Assembly: GCF_018350175.1 (NCBI RefSeq)
Contig: NC_058368.1
Span: 221,280,001-221,344,000 of the forward strand
Source of the DNA: Felis catus
Taxonomy: Eukaryota
Length of the DNA: 64,000 nt
Direction: 5' to 3'
The translations under genes and the position numbers were made by a program. Under the pieces are notes generated by a model. That model did not search any database and was not told the origin of the DNA. It saw nothing but the letters and a program-made list of their open reading frames with translations. Of the stretch, positions 12,500 through 24,751 are shown in pieces; position 1 is the first letter of the stretch, and every line of letters starts with the position of its first letter.

Positions 12500-13090
12500 T
12501 ATTTTCTTCCAAATTAAATAATTTCTTAATATTCCCTTCTGTATTTTATGAATTGATGCTTTTTTTTCTTGATTAGACTTGTATAGGGGTCTATTTTACT
12601 GCCTTTCCAATTGTTTTACCATAAAACTCTGATTCTTAGATCTATTATTTAAGTCTACAGCTTTTTCTTTAAAAATGTATTATATTATTTTCTCCTTTTA
12701 TTTATGTTGTTCTATCCCTCTTGCTTTCTTTATGTCTGTATGCTAATTTTCTAACTTCTTCAGTTCCTATACATATTTCATTAAAGGCTATAAATGCACT
12801 TCATAACAGCTTTGCCCTCAGTTTCCTGAATTTTTAATACACATTGACCTGATAGTTGGCACTGATATTTAGAGTGTTAAATTTCCTCTTTGGCCAAAAA
12901 CTAATCAAAAATAGTATTTTTTATTTCATTTAATTCACTTATTAAAACATTTTATTATTACTTACTATTTCATTGTGTATGTTTATAATGCATGATCTGC
13001 TCACAACTTCTGTTTTGTGGAATTCATAAAAGTTTGTTAACATTTTAAGATAATCTGAGAATATTGTCTATTCTGTTTGTAGGTTAGAGT
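12500..13090 (-). mobile_element. Highly decayed L1M ORF2 fragment
   Basis: T-rich tract with 'tttcttgattagacttgtataggggtctatttt' and 'ttaaaggctataaatgcacttcataacagctttg', resembling antisense old L1 ORF2. Confidence 0.5.
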
Positions 13091-13300
13091 CTGTTGTCTT
13101 TCTATCACTCTACATTCATCAAGATTGTGTAAGTGCTTTAAAAACTCAATAATGATAGTGGCTTAATTGAAGTAATGAAGTTTTTATCTTGTTCCTAAAA
13201 ACAAACATATATACAATAGACGTGAAAACACCAGCCTTTGTCAAATTTACTCAAGCAGGCTCATTCCTTCTGCTTTTAGTATTAAGAAAATCTACTCATT

Positions 13301-13447
13301 GGGGCTCCTGGGTGGCTCAGTCAGTTAAATATCTGGATTCTTCAGCTCAGGTCATGATCTCACAGTTCATGGGATAGAGCCCCATGTTGGCTCTGTGCTG
13401 ACAACATGGAGCCTGCTTGGGATTCTCTCTCTCCCTCTCTTTCTGTC

Positions 13448-13507
<60 letters not shown>

Positions 13508-13535
13508 ATAAATAAAATAAACCTTTAAAAAAAAA
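13301..13535 (+). mobile_element. CanSINE with expanded (CT)n
   Basis: Head ggggctcctgggtggctcag; long (CT)n at ~13451-13504; partial TSD atctactcat / atctacccat. Confidence 0.96.
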
Positions 13536-14663
13536 GAAAGAGTATCTACCCATCGATGGGTATATAGATAACTTGAGAAAACTATTGATGTACCAGTAGA
13601 GAAAACTATTAAATGCTTAAATTTGTCAAGGCACTTTAACAATATGGAAAGGCTATAGGTAATAATATCGATCATGTGTTCAAAGCCCATATTTAATGAA
13701 ATGTGCACTAAAATACCAAAGGAAAGTACTCCTGAATTTCCATATAGTTAGATATTTTTTACCAGAAAATATGCATTTTAATTAGGAACAAATTAGGACA
13801 AAGCCCATTGTGATAACTCTCTCTTCCACCCATTCTATTTTAACTTCCAAATATGTCTCATACATAAGATCCAATATGAGTTTTGTATTTGTTCTATACC
13901 TGAATGAGAAATTGATCAATGTTTACCTGTTAATAATAAACATATGTTTATTAATTACTTGCTGACTCATATGTCCTGTGGGGAACGGAGCAATTTCTTG
14001 GATCATTCTAAAGCTTTTTACTTGAATTAGTATGACAGTAGTCTGTCTCTCCCCTCCACCCCACCTTTAATTATAAAATACAAAAAAGAGAATAATAGGC
14101 TTAACTACAGACAACATTGACAGTGATCTTTCTCATTCCCTCATTAAGCAGGGGAAATTTTTATATTAATCAAAGTCTCATTTTTCCAGTCATGATGATG
14201 TTTATAATTTTATGCATTATGCTACATTCTATTTGCAATATTGAGTTTATATTTGATAAGAAATTTCTGTGAGCAACTTTGAGATCTTTGCAATCTCTTT
14301 CAATATGTCACTTTAAAAATAGTTGTCAAGTACCCGCCTAGATAAAAACAGAAGTATAAGTAAATACCAGAAGTCAGAAATAATTGGCTGTAGCCACAAG
14401 AATAAATAATGCACTCATCTCTCATGGGAAGACCCAACCTAAACACTTTTGTAATTCTGCTATTTTTGTCTGTTTCTGCCATTCTCACTCTTGGCTTATC
14501 AGAAATAACTATATTATCAGCATGTCTTCTTTTAAATGGCAGAAGTACAAATAATGTATCTATCTCTTTATACATAGATACTAATTTAGAAAAGGCCCAT
14601 TCAGCCAAAGTCTTCCAACTGTTCAGAAATCAGTTTAAAACTATCTCACCTGAAGCTGTTTTT

Positions 14664-14892
14664 AAATTTTTTTAATGTTATTTATTTTTGAGAATGAGAG
14701 AGAGACAGAAAGACAGAGACAGAGACAGAGCGCAATCCAGGGAGGGGCACAGACAGAAGGAGACAGAATCCAAAGCAGCCTCCAGACTCTGAGCTGTCAG
14801 CACAGAGCCAACATAGGGCTCAGATTTATGAACCATGAGATCATGACCTGAGCGAGTCAGACTCTTAACTGACTAAGCCACCCAGGTGCCCC
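14664..14892 (-). mobile_element. CanSINE
   Basis: TSD tgaagctgtttt (14651-14662 / 14893-14904). Confidence 0.96.
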
Positions 14893-15129
14893 TGAAGCTG
14901 TTTTCCTTAAATATTTTAGTTGCTATTGGTATTTCTTTTTTCCATTGGAAGCAATCTTTTCTTATACCATGATTTGACACATATCGAATACTGTTTCTAG
15001 TTATTTTGTGTACAGTTCATGTCTCTGAGAGAGTCACTTGGTCCTTGAGATCTGAGATTTCATCTCTTCATTTAAATAGTACTGAAGTTTTTTACAGTGT
15101 TGTTAATGAGACGTGTACCAAGATATGCT

Positions 15130-15370
15130 TGGAGTTTATCATGGTTTGACACTAATTTGCAATTTGATCTGAACCAATATACCAATATTTGTAAATTATT
15201 TTAGACTCAGTCTCATATTTGTACACACATATGTGTGTATATTCCCATTATGTGTGTATATTCCCATTATATACACACACACGCACATAATGGGAATACT
15301 TTCCTAGAAATTGCTATGAGGATTTAAAAAATATATGGGTAAGGTGCTTGATAGTAGATATTTAGTAACT
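15130..15370 (+). mobile_element. MIR fragment interrupted by a local inverted duplication
   Basis: 'ctcagtctcatatttgta[...]ataatgggaatactttcctagaaattgctatgaggatttaaa...aaggtgcttg' matches a decayed MIR core. Confidence 0.6.
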
Positions 15371-16080
15371 ATTGTTAATTAATGATGGGTATGCGTCTAT
15401 AGTTGCCCAATATAGGTAGTGCTTTATAATAAATAAACACCATCTGCTTATAGGAAGGAAAAAATAGATGGCATTAATATTTGGTACAAGATGTACAAAA
15501 AGTCATGTGACTTAGTTTTAGGCAAGCCATTTTAATGGTGGCAGATGACCTCCAGACAAAATTAGGCTCCAGAGAGTGAAAGAAGGAGATGGGACATGAG
15601 GGAGGGATGGATAGCCGAATATATGAAGAGCATTGGAGTGATGTATTAGGAGACTAGATCATAAGAATAAGGATACACTAATCATATCACTAATATGATT
15701 AATGATAAAATGGTCAAAGGAAATCTAGCCATGAGCAAATCCTATGTTCAATTTTGACTTGTTGGTTTTCTAATGTGTAACCTTCATCCGTCTCCCCAGA
15801 TAGGTAAAGTTTACTATGTATCAAATATGAATGTTTTTATGTATTTGTCTGGAAACTCTAAATAAATGGGGTTAATATAGACAAATATTATATGTCAACT
15901 ATAAGAGGGAGCTCAGCAGTTGCTGTGATTCGGAAATTTGAGTGACCCTGAAAATTGGTCAGTCTGAGCACCAGTAAACATACTGTGAAGGCCCACCTGA
16001 ACTACTACAGGATTGACATAGGAGATTCAAGAAAAGTCCATCTAAATCTGAAAGACAGTGAATTCAGCTGATATTCAGGA

Positions 16081-16250
16081 GATATATATATAGATATAGA
16101 TATAGATATCTCTCTCTATATATGTATATATATGTCTAAATATATATATACACACACACATATATATAGTCAAGTATATATATGTATATATATACATATA
16201 TATATATAAAGTATAAGTATATAAACTATAAGTATATAAGTATATAAATA
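16081..16250. repeat. TA-rich compound microsatellite
   Basis: Seen directly: (TA)n, (TAGATA)n, (CA)n and (GTATAA)-like units. Confidence 0.9.
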
Positions 16251-17089
16251 GTTTGAATGATAAACATATTTTAAAATGACAACTTGGTTGATTTAAGTAA
16301 GTGATATAATGAGACCTGTGTTCATCTAAATGTTCTATGACTACCTTTTTCTAACTTTCAGTGTCATATATGTAAAGTTTTAAAATGTGCATGGTTTTAT
16401 TGATTATTATTAGAGGCTTTCTTATTTAGGCAATATTACTATTCTCCCCTCTTCCAAATTTTCATAAATAGCACAAAATGATTTGCTTTGATTTTACTAA
16501 GCTTAAAACAAATACCTCTCTGAATTTGACTTTTGTTTATATATGATCAGTCTTAAGCTTTCGGCAGGAATGATTTGCACTTGACCATGCTGAAAAAGTT
16601 GTTTGACCATTTTACTTTATTTTATATTTGGTTAAATTAATATTAAAGGAATGATGAACGGTTTGCTGATTTGATGGGACATCCTCAGTAAGTGTGATAT
16701 GTAAACTGATAGACTGCTTAACAAAACAAACCAAAAGTTATTTCTGAATTTTATATGAAGATATTCACCAATTTCTACTCTGTAGTCAGAGAATTACGGT
16801 TCCTTTTGAACTATGAGTTGTGCCTATGTCTGTTTCTGTGTATGTTTCTGCATCCGTATAGGGTTGTGTTTGTTGCCTGATTCAAACTATGCTCATGTAC
16901 GCCATCCTAACGCATCCAGTGAGGTGCCAAGAATGCCAGAATTGTAGCAGGTCAGGCACTGGATGATAATCTGGAGAAGATCTGGAACCAGGATCTTTTT
17001 TCTCAGGACAGCTTTTTATGTACATTGACGTGGAGTGCTCGTGTGGATTTAGGTAGAAAAGTCAGTTCACTTAAAAAAATGCTGCTACA

Positions 17090-17297
17090 GGGGCTCCTGG
17101 GTGGATCAGTGGGTTAAGCGTCAGACTTCAGCTCAGGTCAGGATCTGATGGTTCGTGAATTTGAGGCCAACATCGGGCTCTGTGCTGACAGTGTGGAGCC
17201 TGGAGCCTCCTTTGGATTCTGTGTCTCCCTCTCTCTCTGCGCCTCCCCTGGTCGTGCTCTGTCTCTCTAAAAAATACATAAACATTTAAAAAAAATT
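17090..17297 (+). mobile_element. CanSINE
   Basis: Degenerate TSD ttaaaaaaatgctgctaca / ttaaaaagatactgttaca. Confidence 0.96.
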
Positions 17298-18988
17298 TAA
17301 AAAGATACTGTTACATTTTTAATTAAAAAAGTACAAAATACAGTTAAAACAAAAAAAGGTCTTATCTTTTTCAATCAAAAGGCTGGGTGGATGCCAGGGT
17401 TTAATATATGAAGTTCTATAGAAAAAAATACCTAATGACTTAGCCAGTGTTTATTATCATTTAATTGCTTTTATTAGGAGCTCGGAATATCAGGACTCGT
17501 CCTAGGTGACAATTTCAGTTCACTAAAGGCAAGCTGTATTCTGATTTCCAGTGTTGCCAAAGCACATTTAAGAGGATTATTACTGTGGAATGAGAGAATC
17601 CCCCCTTGGCTGTAAATTACCTGCAAAGTGGAAGATATTGCCCATGTAATCTACTTCAAAATGCAAATTTATTTACTAATGAAAGTAATTAGGATGCCCA
17701 AATGGAGCAGATATCTAAAATCATTTACAACAATGAAATTATCTATACCTAAAATGAATACCGGGCTATAAATCATTCTTTTTATAGGTTTATATGGTCA
17801 TGCAAGACAGCATGCTACATGCATTGAATAAGGGCGATTGCACTGAGATGTCTATGGTGTGAGTCCCAGCTCTGCTGGAATTTGGATGGCCTCAAGTCAT
17901 TTCCAGTGATTTGGACTCCTCCTTGGTAAAACACTGATACCAAGAGATAGAGATCAAGAGAAATAATGCTAGTGAAACTAAAAGTCATAAAATATTACAT
18001 AGATGATATCTGCTTAGGACTATGAAGTATAGTGGAAAGATGAAAAAGGTTTTAAATACTTTTATAAGCATCTATAAACATCTATTTCTTTTTGTCTCTT
18101 AAAAAAATATTTTCCCCAGTGTAACTCATCCAAAACTGTTGCCGTGGGAGTTGGCTGTAGCCCACGCTACTAAATATGAAATAATATCGCTCAGTTTCAG
18201 TGTTTCTGCCTCCACCCTCAGTCATCTAATATGTCCTGGATATCCTTCAGAGAGCTTTGCTAAGAACCAGGACTGAGAATAGGTGATGTGTCCTGCTATC
18301 AGGAGTTCTCTTCTAATTTATATGTACTTTCTGAAATAGTCTGCTGTCTTCCATCTGAGTGTTCAAGCATCTAAATGTGGCAGATAGCGAGTTCCCCAAA
18401 CTACTGATTCAGAACTTCCTTTTCCCACTATTGGTGGTGGTGATAGTGTTAGCAGCGGGCAGGGAGGGGGCAGAGTGGAAGATGGTTCCAGGATAGAGTT
18501 TATTTCCTCTCAGCAAAGATTTCTTCAGTCCTTTGAGGATGCCCAGCTGCCTGGGTCTCTGGTGCTGGTATACTGAAAAATTATTTCTTGCCTTATTTTG
18601 TCCAACCCATTTCCACTTTTTCCTCACCTACTCTCTAGGAAATAGCAGTAAAATGATCCAGATTTGCCTTTGACAACCTAGGAGCAACTGCTCTGGATTC
18701 CTGACTAAGGGAACATGCCCCACTTCCAGATCTCAGACTCACATCAAAGTTCAGTGCTTTTCAAGACTTGAAGGTGAATTTCATCACTGACCAGAGGGAT
18801 TGACTCATTGGTTTCTCCTTTGTGTTAGTGGTTGGTCATGGGATAAAGGCGTCGGGATCTGCAACTTTCCATCCTTCAAATTTGTATTTCTTTGTAAATT
18901 CTGTCTCCATTCAAGCAATCCACATATTACCCATATGCCAGAATTAAAACATGTGATGTGTTTTCTTCTCAGAAATAGCTATAATTTA

Positions 18989-19204
18989 TTTTTAAAATTT
19001 TTTTTAATGTCTACTTATTTTTGAGAGGGAGACAGAGAGCAAGTGGAGAGGGGCAGAGATAGAGGGAGACACAGAATCTGAAGCAGCTCTCCAGGCTCTG
19101 AGCTGTCAGCACAGAACCCTACGTAGCGCTTGCGCCCATGAACCGTGAGATCACGACCTGAGCCAAAGTTGGATGCTTAACCAACTGAGCCACCCAGGTG
19201 CCCC
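18989..19204 (-). mobile_element. CanSINE
   Basis: TSD gaaatagctataattta / gaaataggtgtaattta. Confidence 0.96.
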
Positions 19205-21159
19205 GAAATAGGTGTAATTTAAATGTGTGTCACTAAGATAGGTCGATCTTCAGTAAGTAAAATCTCTACGCATCCAGTGTAGTGAAATTAGAAAATTTAG
19301 ATCAGCAAATTTATAAATCAAATACAGAAAATAATTGCCAAGTTTTGGTGAATGCTCTTTTGAGACTTTCATTTTGCATATACGTTTATATTCTCTTACA
19401 ATAATAATGAGTTCTGATAGTATGCACAATTTTGAAACTTGTCTTTGTGGTTAGTAACATATAACACCTATATATTAAAACTATTAAACTCTAACATAAG
19501 AAAGTATCAATTTTAAAGGTTGAATAAATCCCACTGTTTGTATATACCATAATACTTTTAACCAATCCCATAATGTGGGGACTTTTATGAACTATCCAGT
19601 TCTTTTGCTTCTGTAAGATCATGCATTTGTTCCTATAAGTAATAATTGTTAAATATACACAACTGTAAGACCATACAGGTAAGACTTAGGAGTAGTTAAA
19701 TTAGGGTCTTAGGGCAGATTTCAGTAAGTTTATTCACTCCCCAAAATGATGTGGAAAATGTTTGTGTCTGTGCATCATAAGTGATTTATTTCTAGAAAGG
19801 AATTCTGTATTTCATCACATTTTTACAGATTTTAATAATCAGTTATGTGACCTTATGATTCTAGAAAGAGCATCTGATTGATATAAGCAGGTCTGCATTA
19901 TTGGGAAGACCATAATGATGGGAAGCTTCAGACGTCTGTAACAACTTTTAATTTCCATCTGTGTCTTAGCACTCCTGAATCCTGTCACATACTCCATCTC
20001 TCATAATAAATGAGGACCTGTTTGATACCTAGCCTTGTTGTGTGGTTTTCAGGACTGATTTTTAGTCTCCATGTTATGATACCCGTATGGATTTTGATCT
20101 ATTCCTAGTCTTTTAATCCTCAGTAAATCGTTACCAGTTCTCACCCTGGGTGGACTGATCCAGTAGTTTTGAAATGTCTATCTGTAACTAGTTCCACTTC
20201 CATTTAGTGGAAGTCCCAGATGTCAGAGGGGAGAAGAGGTCCACATTGATCTGCACATCGTGTAATCATTTCACAAAGAGCGCCACCTCCAGTGTTTGTT
20301 ACTTTTGAAAAGAGAAGTAGATGCAAATCTGATTGTCTTCTGTGACATCCTGACCATTAATGGTATCCAGAACTTGATTTTATTTCCTAACTCTTGGTGA
20401 GGAAATCTATGGGTAAGATTTATTACATTGTCTTCTAGCTTCTGTTTTTTTTCTCTCATTGGTATTCTTTACAGGGCTTATAAACTCAGCAAGTCAGCAG
20501 GCTAATCCTGTCAGATTTCAACTTTCTCTTTTCTCTGTAATTCTATTGCTACCGGAAAGCAACTTCTGCATTGTAGGTTTTATTTTTTCCCTTCCTTTTC
20601 TTTCCTTTTATTTTGTTTTCTTTTATAATTCTCTACATCACTGTGTCTCCTAACACTAGACAACATATGAGAAGAAAAAAAGGTCAGAAATATGAAAAGA
20701 AAAGAAGACAAGCAACTACTAACACAAACTACTGAGTAACAAAAGACTAGCAGACAAGAATAGATTCAGTTTTACTGCCGGCAAACACTAGGTATAAAAT
20801 AATGCAGCTTTCTGAAACTTAAAGAGAGAGCCAGATAATAGACGGAAAAATCTCCTGGATTTCTGAGTACAAGAACAGGGCTAAAAATATGATCCCAAAC
20901 ACCAACCAGACCTTTAAATAGCAAATATTCTGATGAATTTCATTTTAAAATATGTGTTACTTGATAATCTAGAAAGTAAACAGGGGCATCAGAAATCAAA
21001 TTTAATATAGTCATGGGATAAAATATATTGTTTCATTCAGAGAATTCTGCCTTTCTTTCCCAAGTGACATGTTTGCTGAATTATTTTCTTTCCAATTATT
21101 ACTATCTATGTCATTGAATCTGGTAGTAAGGAAAGATGCTATTTGTCAAAAATAGTCTA

Positions 21160-21362
21160 GGGTGCCTGGGTGGCTCAGTTGGTTAAGCATCTGACTTCAG
21201 CTCAGGTCACAACCTCGCAGTCCGTGGGTTCGAGCCCCGCGTCGGGCTCTGGGCTGACAGCTCAGAGCCTGGAGCCTGCTTCTGATTCTGTGTCTCCCTC
21301 TCTTTCTGCCCCTCCCCCATTCATGCTCTGTCTCTCTCTGTCTCAAAAATAAATAAACATTA
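21160..21362 (+). mobile_element. CanSINE
   Basis: TSD aaaaatagtctag (21148-21160 / 21363-21375). Confidence 0.97.
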
Positions 21363-21672
21363 AAAAATAGTCTAGAGCATTTCCTTTCTACCATATGTGT
21401 GTAAATAGTAAAATTCTAAATTGAACATATTTTCGAAAATAATTTATACACAATAAATGGCTGAAAAGATCTTTGCCCTTGTGGACTATATATATCACTA
21501 TGTGATTGTAATAAAATTCTATAGGGAAACTGTCTTAAAATAATATTTGATATGAATATAATAAAGGCCATTGCTAGTATTCTAATTTTTACAATGATGC
21601 TCCAAGTTTGATTTTTGCAATGTATGTAAATTGGTAAGAAATATATATAGAGCCTAGAAGACTTGCATTTTA

Positions 21673-21907
21673 TTTGTTTATTTTTTTTCATATTTATTTA
21701 TTTTTGAGAGAGAGAGACAGAAAGAGACAGAAACCATGTGTGCACAAGCTGGGGTGGAGCAGAGAGAGTGGGAGACAGAATCTGAAGTAGGCCTCAGGCT
21801 ATGAGCTGTCAGTGCAAGGCCTGATGCAAGGGTTGAACTCATGAACTGTGAGATCATGACCTGAGCTGAAGTCAGACGCTTAACAGACTGAGAAACCCAC
21901 GCACCCC
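21673..21907 (-). mobile_element. CanSINE
   Basis: TSD aagacttgcatttta / aagacctgcatttta. Confidence 0.96.
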
Positions 21908-21967
21908 AAGACCTGCATTTTAGACAGTATGATGGCATCCTGTTAAAGTATTAATTACTTAATTTTA

Positions 21968-21989
21968 TTTATTTTTAATTTTTTTTAAT

Positions 21990-22028
<39 letters not shown>

Positions 22029-22213
22029 TGAGACAGGGAGAGACAGAGCATGAACAGGGGAGGGTCAGAGAGAGGGCGACACAGAATCCGAAACAGGCTC
22101 CAGGCTCTGAGCTGTCAGCACAGAGCCCGACCCGGGGCTCCAACTCACGGACCGCGAGATCATGACCTGAGCCGAAGTCGGCCGCCCAACCGACTGAGCC
22201 ATCCAGGCGCCCC
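21968..22213 (-). mobile_element. CanSINE, relatively young, with (TTTA)n tail
   Basis: Perfect 16-bp TSD taattacttaatttta (21952-21967 / 22214-22229); CpGs retained. Confidence 0.97.
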
Positions 22214-23639
22214 TAATTACTTAATTTTAAAAGGGCATATGACATACATTTTTGAAATTTATTGTTTTTGATTGAACTCCCCTTATCCTCAAATGAGAAC
22301 TAATAAGCTTGAGTCCATGTGATAAAGCACCTATTTTTTATTTCATTCCTGCTAAGCTATTTCAGTTGGGTTAATTAGCTTGACAGAGAACCAGCTTTGC
22401 TTCACCTGTCCCCCCCACCCCCCGACCCCCGCCATCACTGCTGAAAGCTTGACTATAGCCTACCTCATTACTCGGTTTTTAATTTGTTTCCATCATCTAT
22501 CAATCTAATGTACCTAAAGAGCTGGGCTTATTTATTTCTAGCTTTGTGTTTTTCTTCATTAAAAAAAATCACAATTTCATTTAGGAAGCTCTTATATTAT
22601 AGGATACTCTGATATTTTTGTGCGGCTTTATTGCCACTGGGGTTTTATAGCTACGTGGGCACAGTTATACCACTGTGTAAACAAATGAAGCTGGTTGAAG
22701 TTAAAAATATTACTCTTTTAAGCCAGGCTTTTTGCCTGAATTCCTTTATCTTGAGCTTCATATTAAAAACGTGTTTAACATGTAACTCAGGCAAAGGCCC
22801 TTTTGAGAGTATAGTGTAATAGCTTTTATAACACACCATGCTACTCTGTGAAAACCCAATTCTCTGTTTAGAGCACCTCACCATTACCTACAAATGTAAA
22901 ACCTAAAGCAAGTTAATTTGATAATTCGATAATAATAAATTAAGTTAAAATTAGATTTAATGTTGATTCACATTTTGACTGTCTTGTCTGCATACTTAGC
23001 TACTTGTCTCTCTGCATTTTGATTTTCAACTTACTACTTCTGTGAATGATTATCAGTAATCGTACACACAGAAGTGGGGGAATATCAAACAATATTTGAC
23101 AGATAAAAATTAATTTAATTTTTTTCTTTAACTTCTTTTAGTAAATAAGGTCACATTATGTAATATTCAGTTAAATGTTGGGCAAACCCTGAGAAGATGC
23201 TTGGAGATTGAATAAAAATGTACAGCTGGATGATTTTATGATACTCAAGTTTAAAAGAGAAAAGTAACCCCTTTTTGCTTTTCTTCAAAATCTTATTCTA
23301 CTCATGAGTTTACTTCCTAGCACATCGTTAACTGTGCAGTTCTAGTATGACATACATTTCAGTGAATGTAATGGTACTACCATTATGTATAAATACAACA
23401 AGGTTAAGCCCTTTTTTAAAAACAATTTGTAACTTCTTCAATCCTTAAGAATAATATTTATTAATAAAAATGTTGGTCAGTTTATAAGCTTAAGTCTTAT
23501 TGTGATACCTATAATTTCTTGAATAGAATAGAATCGAAATCCTAGTAAATCAAATGTCTGGAATCATCGAGTTCACTATTTTCTATGTATTTTCATCCAT
23601 CGTTGAAATTATGATTTTAAGCAGAGATAACTAGGTAGT

Positions 23640-24050
23640 TCAATTTATTTAAACCAAATTATTTGAGAGCTTATAAAGTGTAAATGTATCTACATGCTAA
23701 TTGTACCCTGTATTAAATAAAATAATAACGAAGAGCCCTTGTTCTTAGGAGTTTCACAGTCTAGAGACCTGTGTACACACTCATTTATTTGCTCATTTAG
23801 TTAACTTTTTAATGAGCTCCTGGTTCACAAACTCTTTAAAGATTAGCTAGATTAGGTTTATGGGGATTCTAAAACAGTGACATGCAAATGAAAATGCAAA
23901 GTTTTAGGAAAGTAAATAAAATATTTAGGGATGTGCAAATCATCCATCTTGTCTGGTGTAGTAGGAGCAGAGAGAGATAAAAAGAGAAAGACTTTTGAGA
24001 GATGCCTTGAATGTCAGGCTAAGACATCATATTGACGTCATATAGAGCTA
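23640..24050 (-). mobile_element. L2 fragments
   Basis: 'caaattatttgagagcttataaagtg...gcccttgttcttaggagtttcacagtctag' and 'tcatttatttgctcatttagttaactttttaatgagctcc' resemble antisense L2 3' ends. Confidence 0.55.
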
Positions 24051-24664
24051 GGAGAGGGGAATTGAAATTATGTGGAAGAATCGTATTCACTGAGGAAAAT
24101 GTACCTTAAAAATTTGAAACCAAAGGAGTAAGACCTATACACAGAATTGAACTGTGAATAAGACATATACAAATAGAGAAAACGAAATTATAAATTCAGA
24201 TTGATAGAAATTCAGGTATAATATACTTCACACCATTAACAAGAGATTGCCATTCTTTTAATATGGAAGTGCCGCCACACAATGGTCCCATCTAGAGGAG
24301 ACAAAGACGTTTACTGACAGCCTGCTGTTTGCCAGGGTCTATTCTGGCTATACTTCCTACATTGCCATCACTGAAATGTAAGCCCAGGGAATCATCTGGT
24401 TACCTACTGCTGAATTGTGTGTCATTGATAAGTGCCTAGCATAACGGACGTCTCATCTATATCTGTTAAATAAGTAGATTAATTCAATAATTCAATCCAC
24501 ATACTATCCTGCTAAATCTATATCAGTAATACCAGTTTACAGATGAGACAACTGAAACTGAACACTCAGGGTAACAGAACCAGCAAGTCCCAGATGAATG
24601 ATTTGATTCCCAACATCCTTGCTTTCAAGTATGAAATTCTGTCTCTTCCTGGTTGTATATGCAT

Positions 24665-24666
<2 letters not shown>

Positions 24667-24750
<84 letters not shown>
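24667..24750. repeat. (TG)n(TA)n compound microsatellite
   Basis: Seen directly. Confidence 0.97.

Positions 24751-24751
<1 letters not shown>

Noticed and set aside
16910..19279. 12-bp direct repeat acgcatccagtg at 16910 and 19268, and a 9-bp inverted repeat at 16913/16957
   Set aside because: Matches of this length are expected by chance in 64 kb; no element structure between them.
22410..22433. C-rich tracts (also 50017-50044) with G-quadruplex potential
   Set aside because: Short low-complexity runs with no promoter or CpG-island context.
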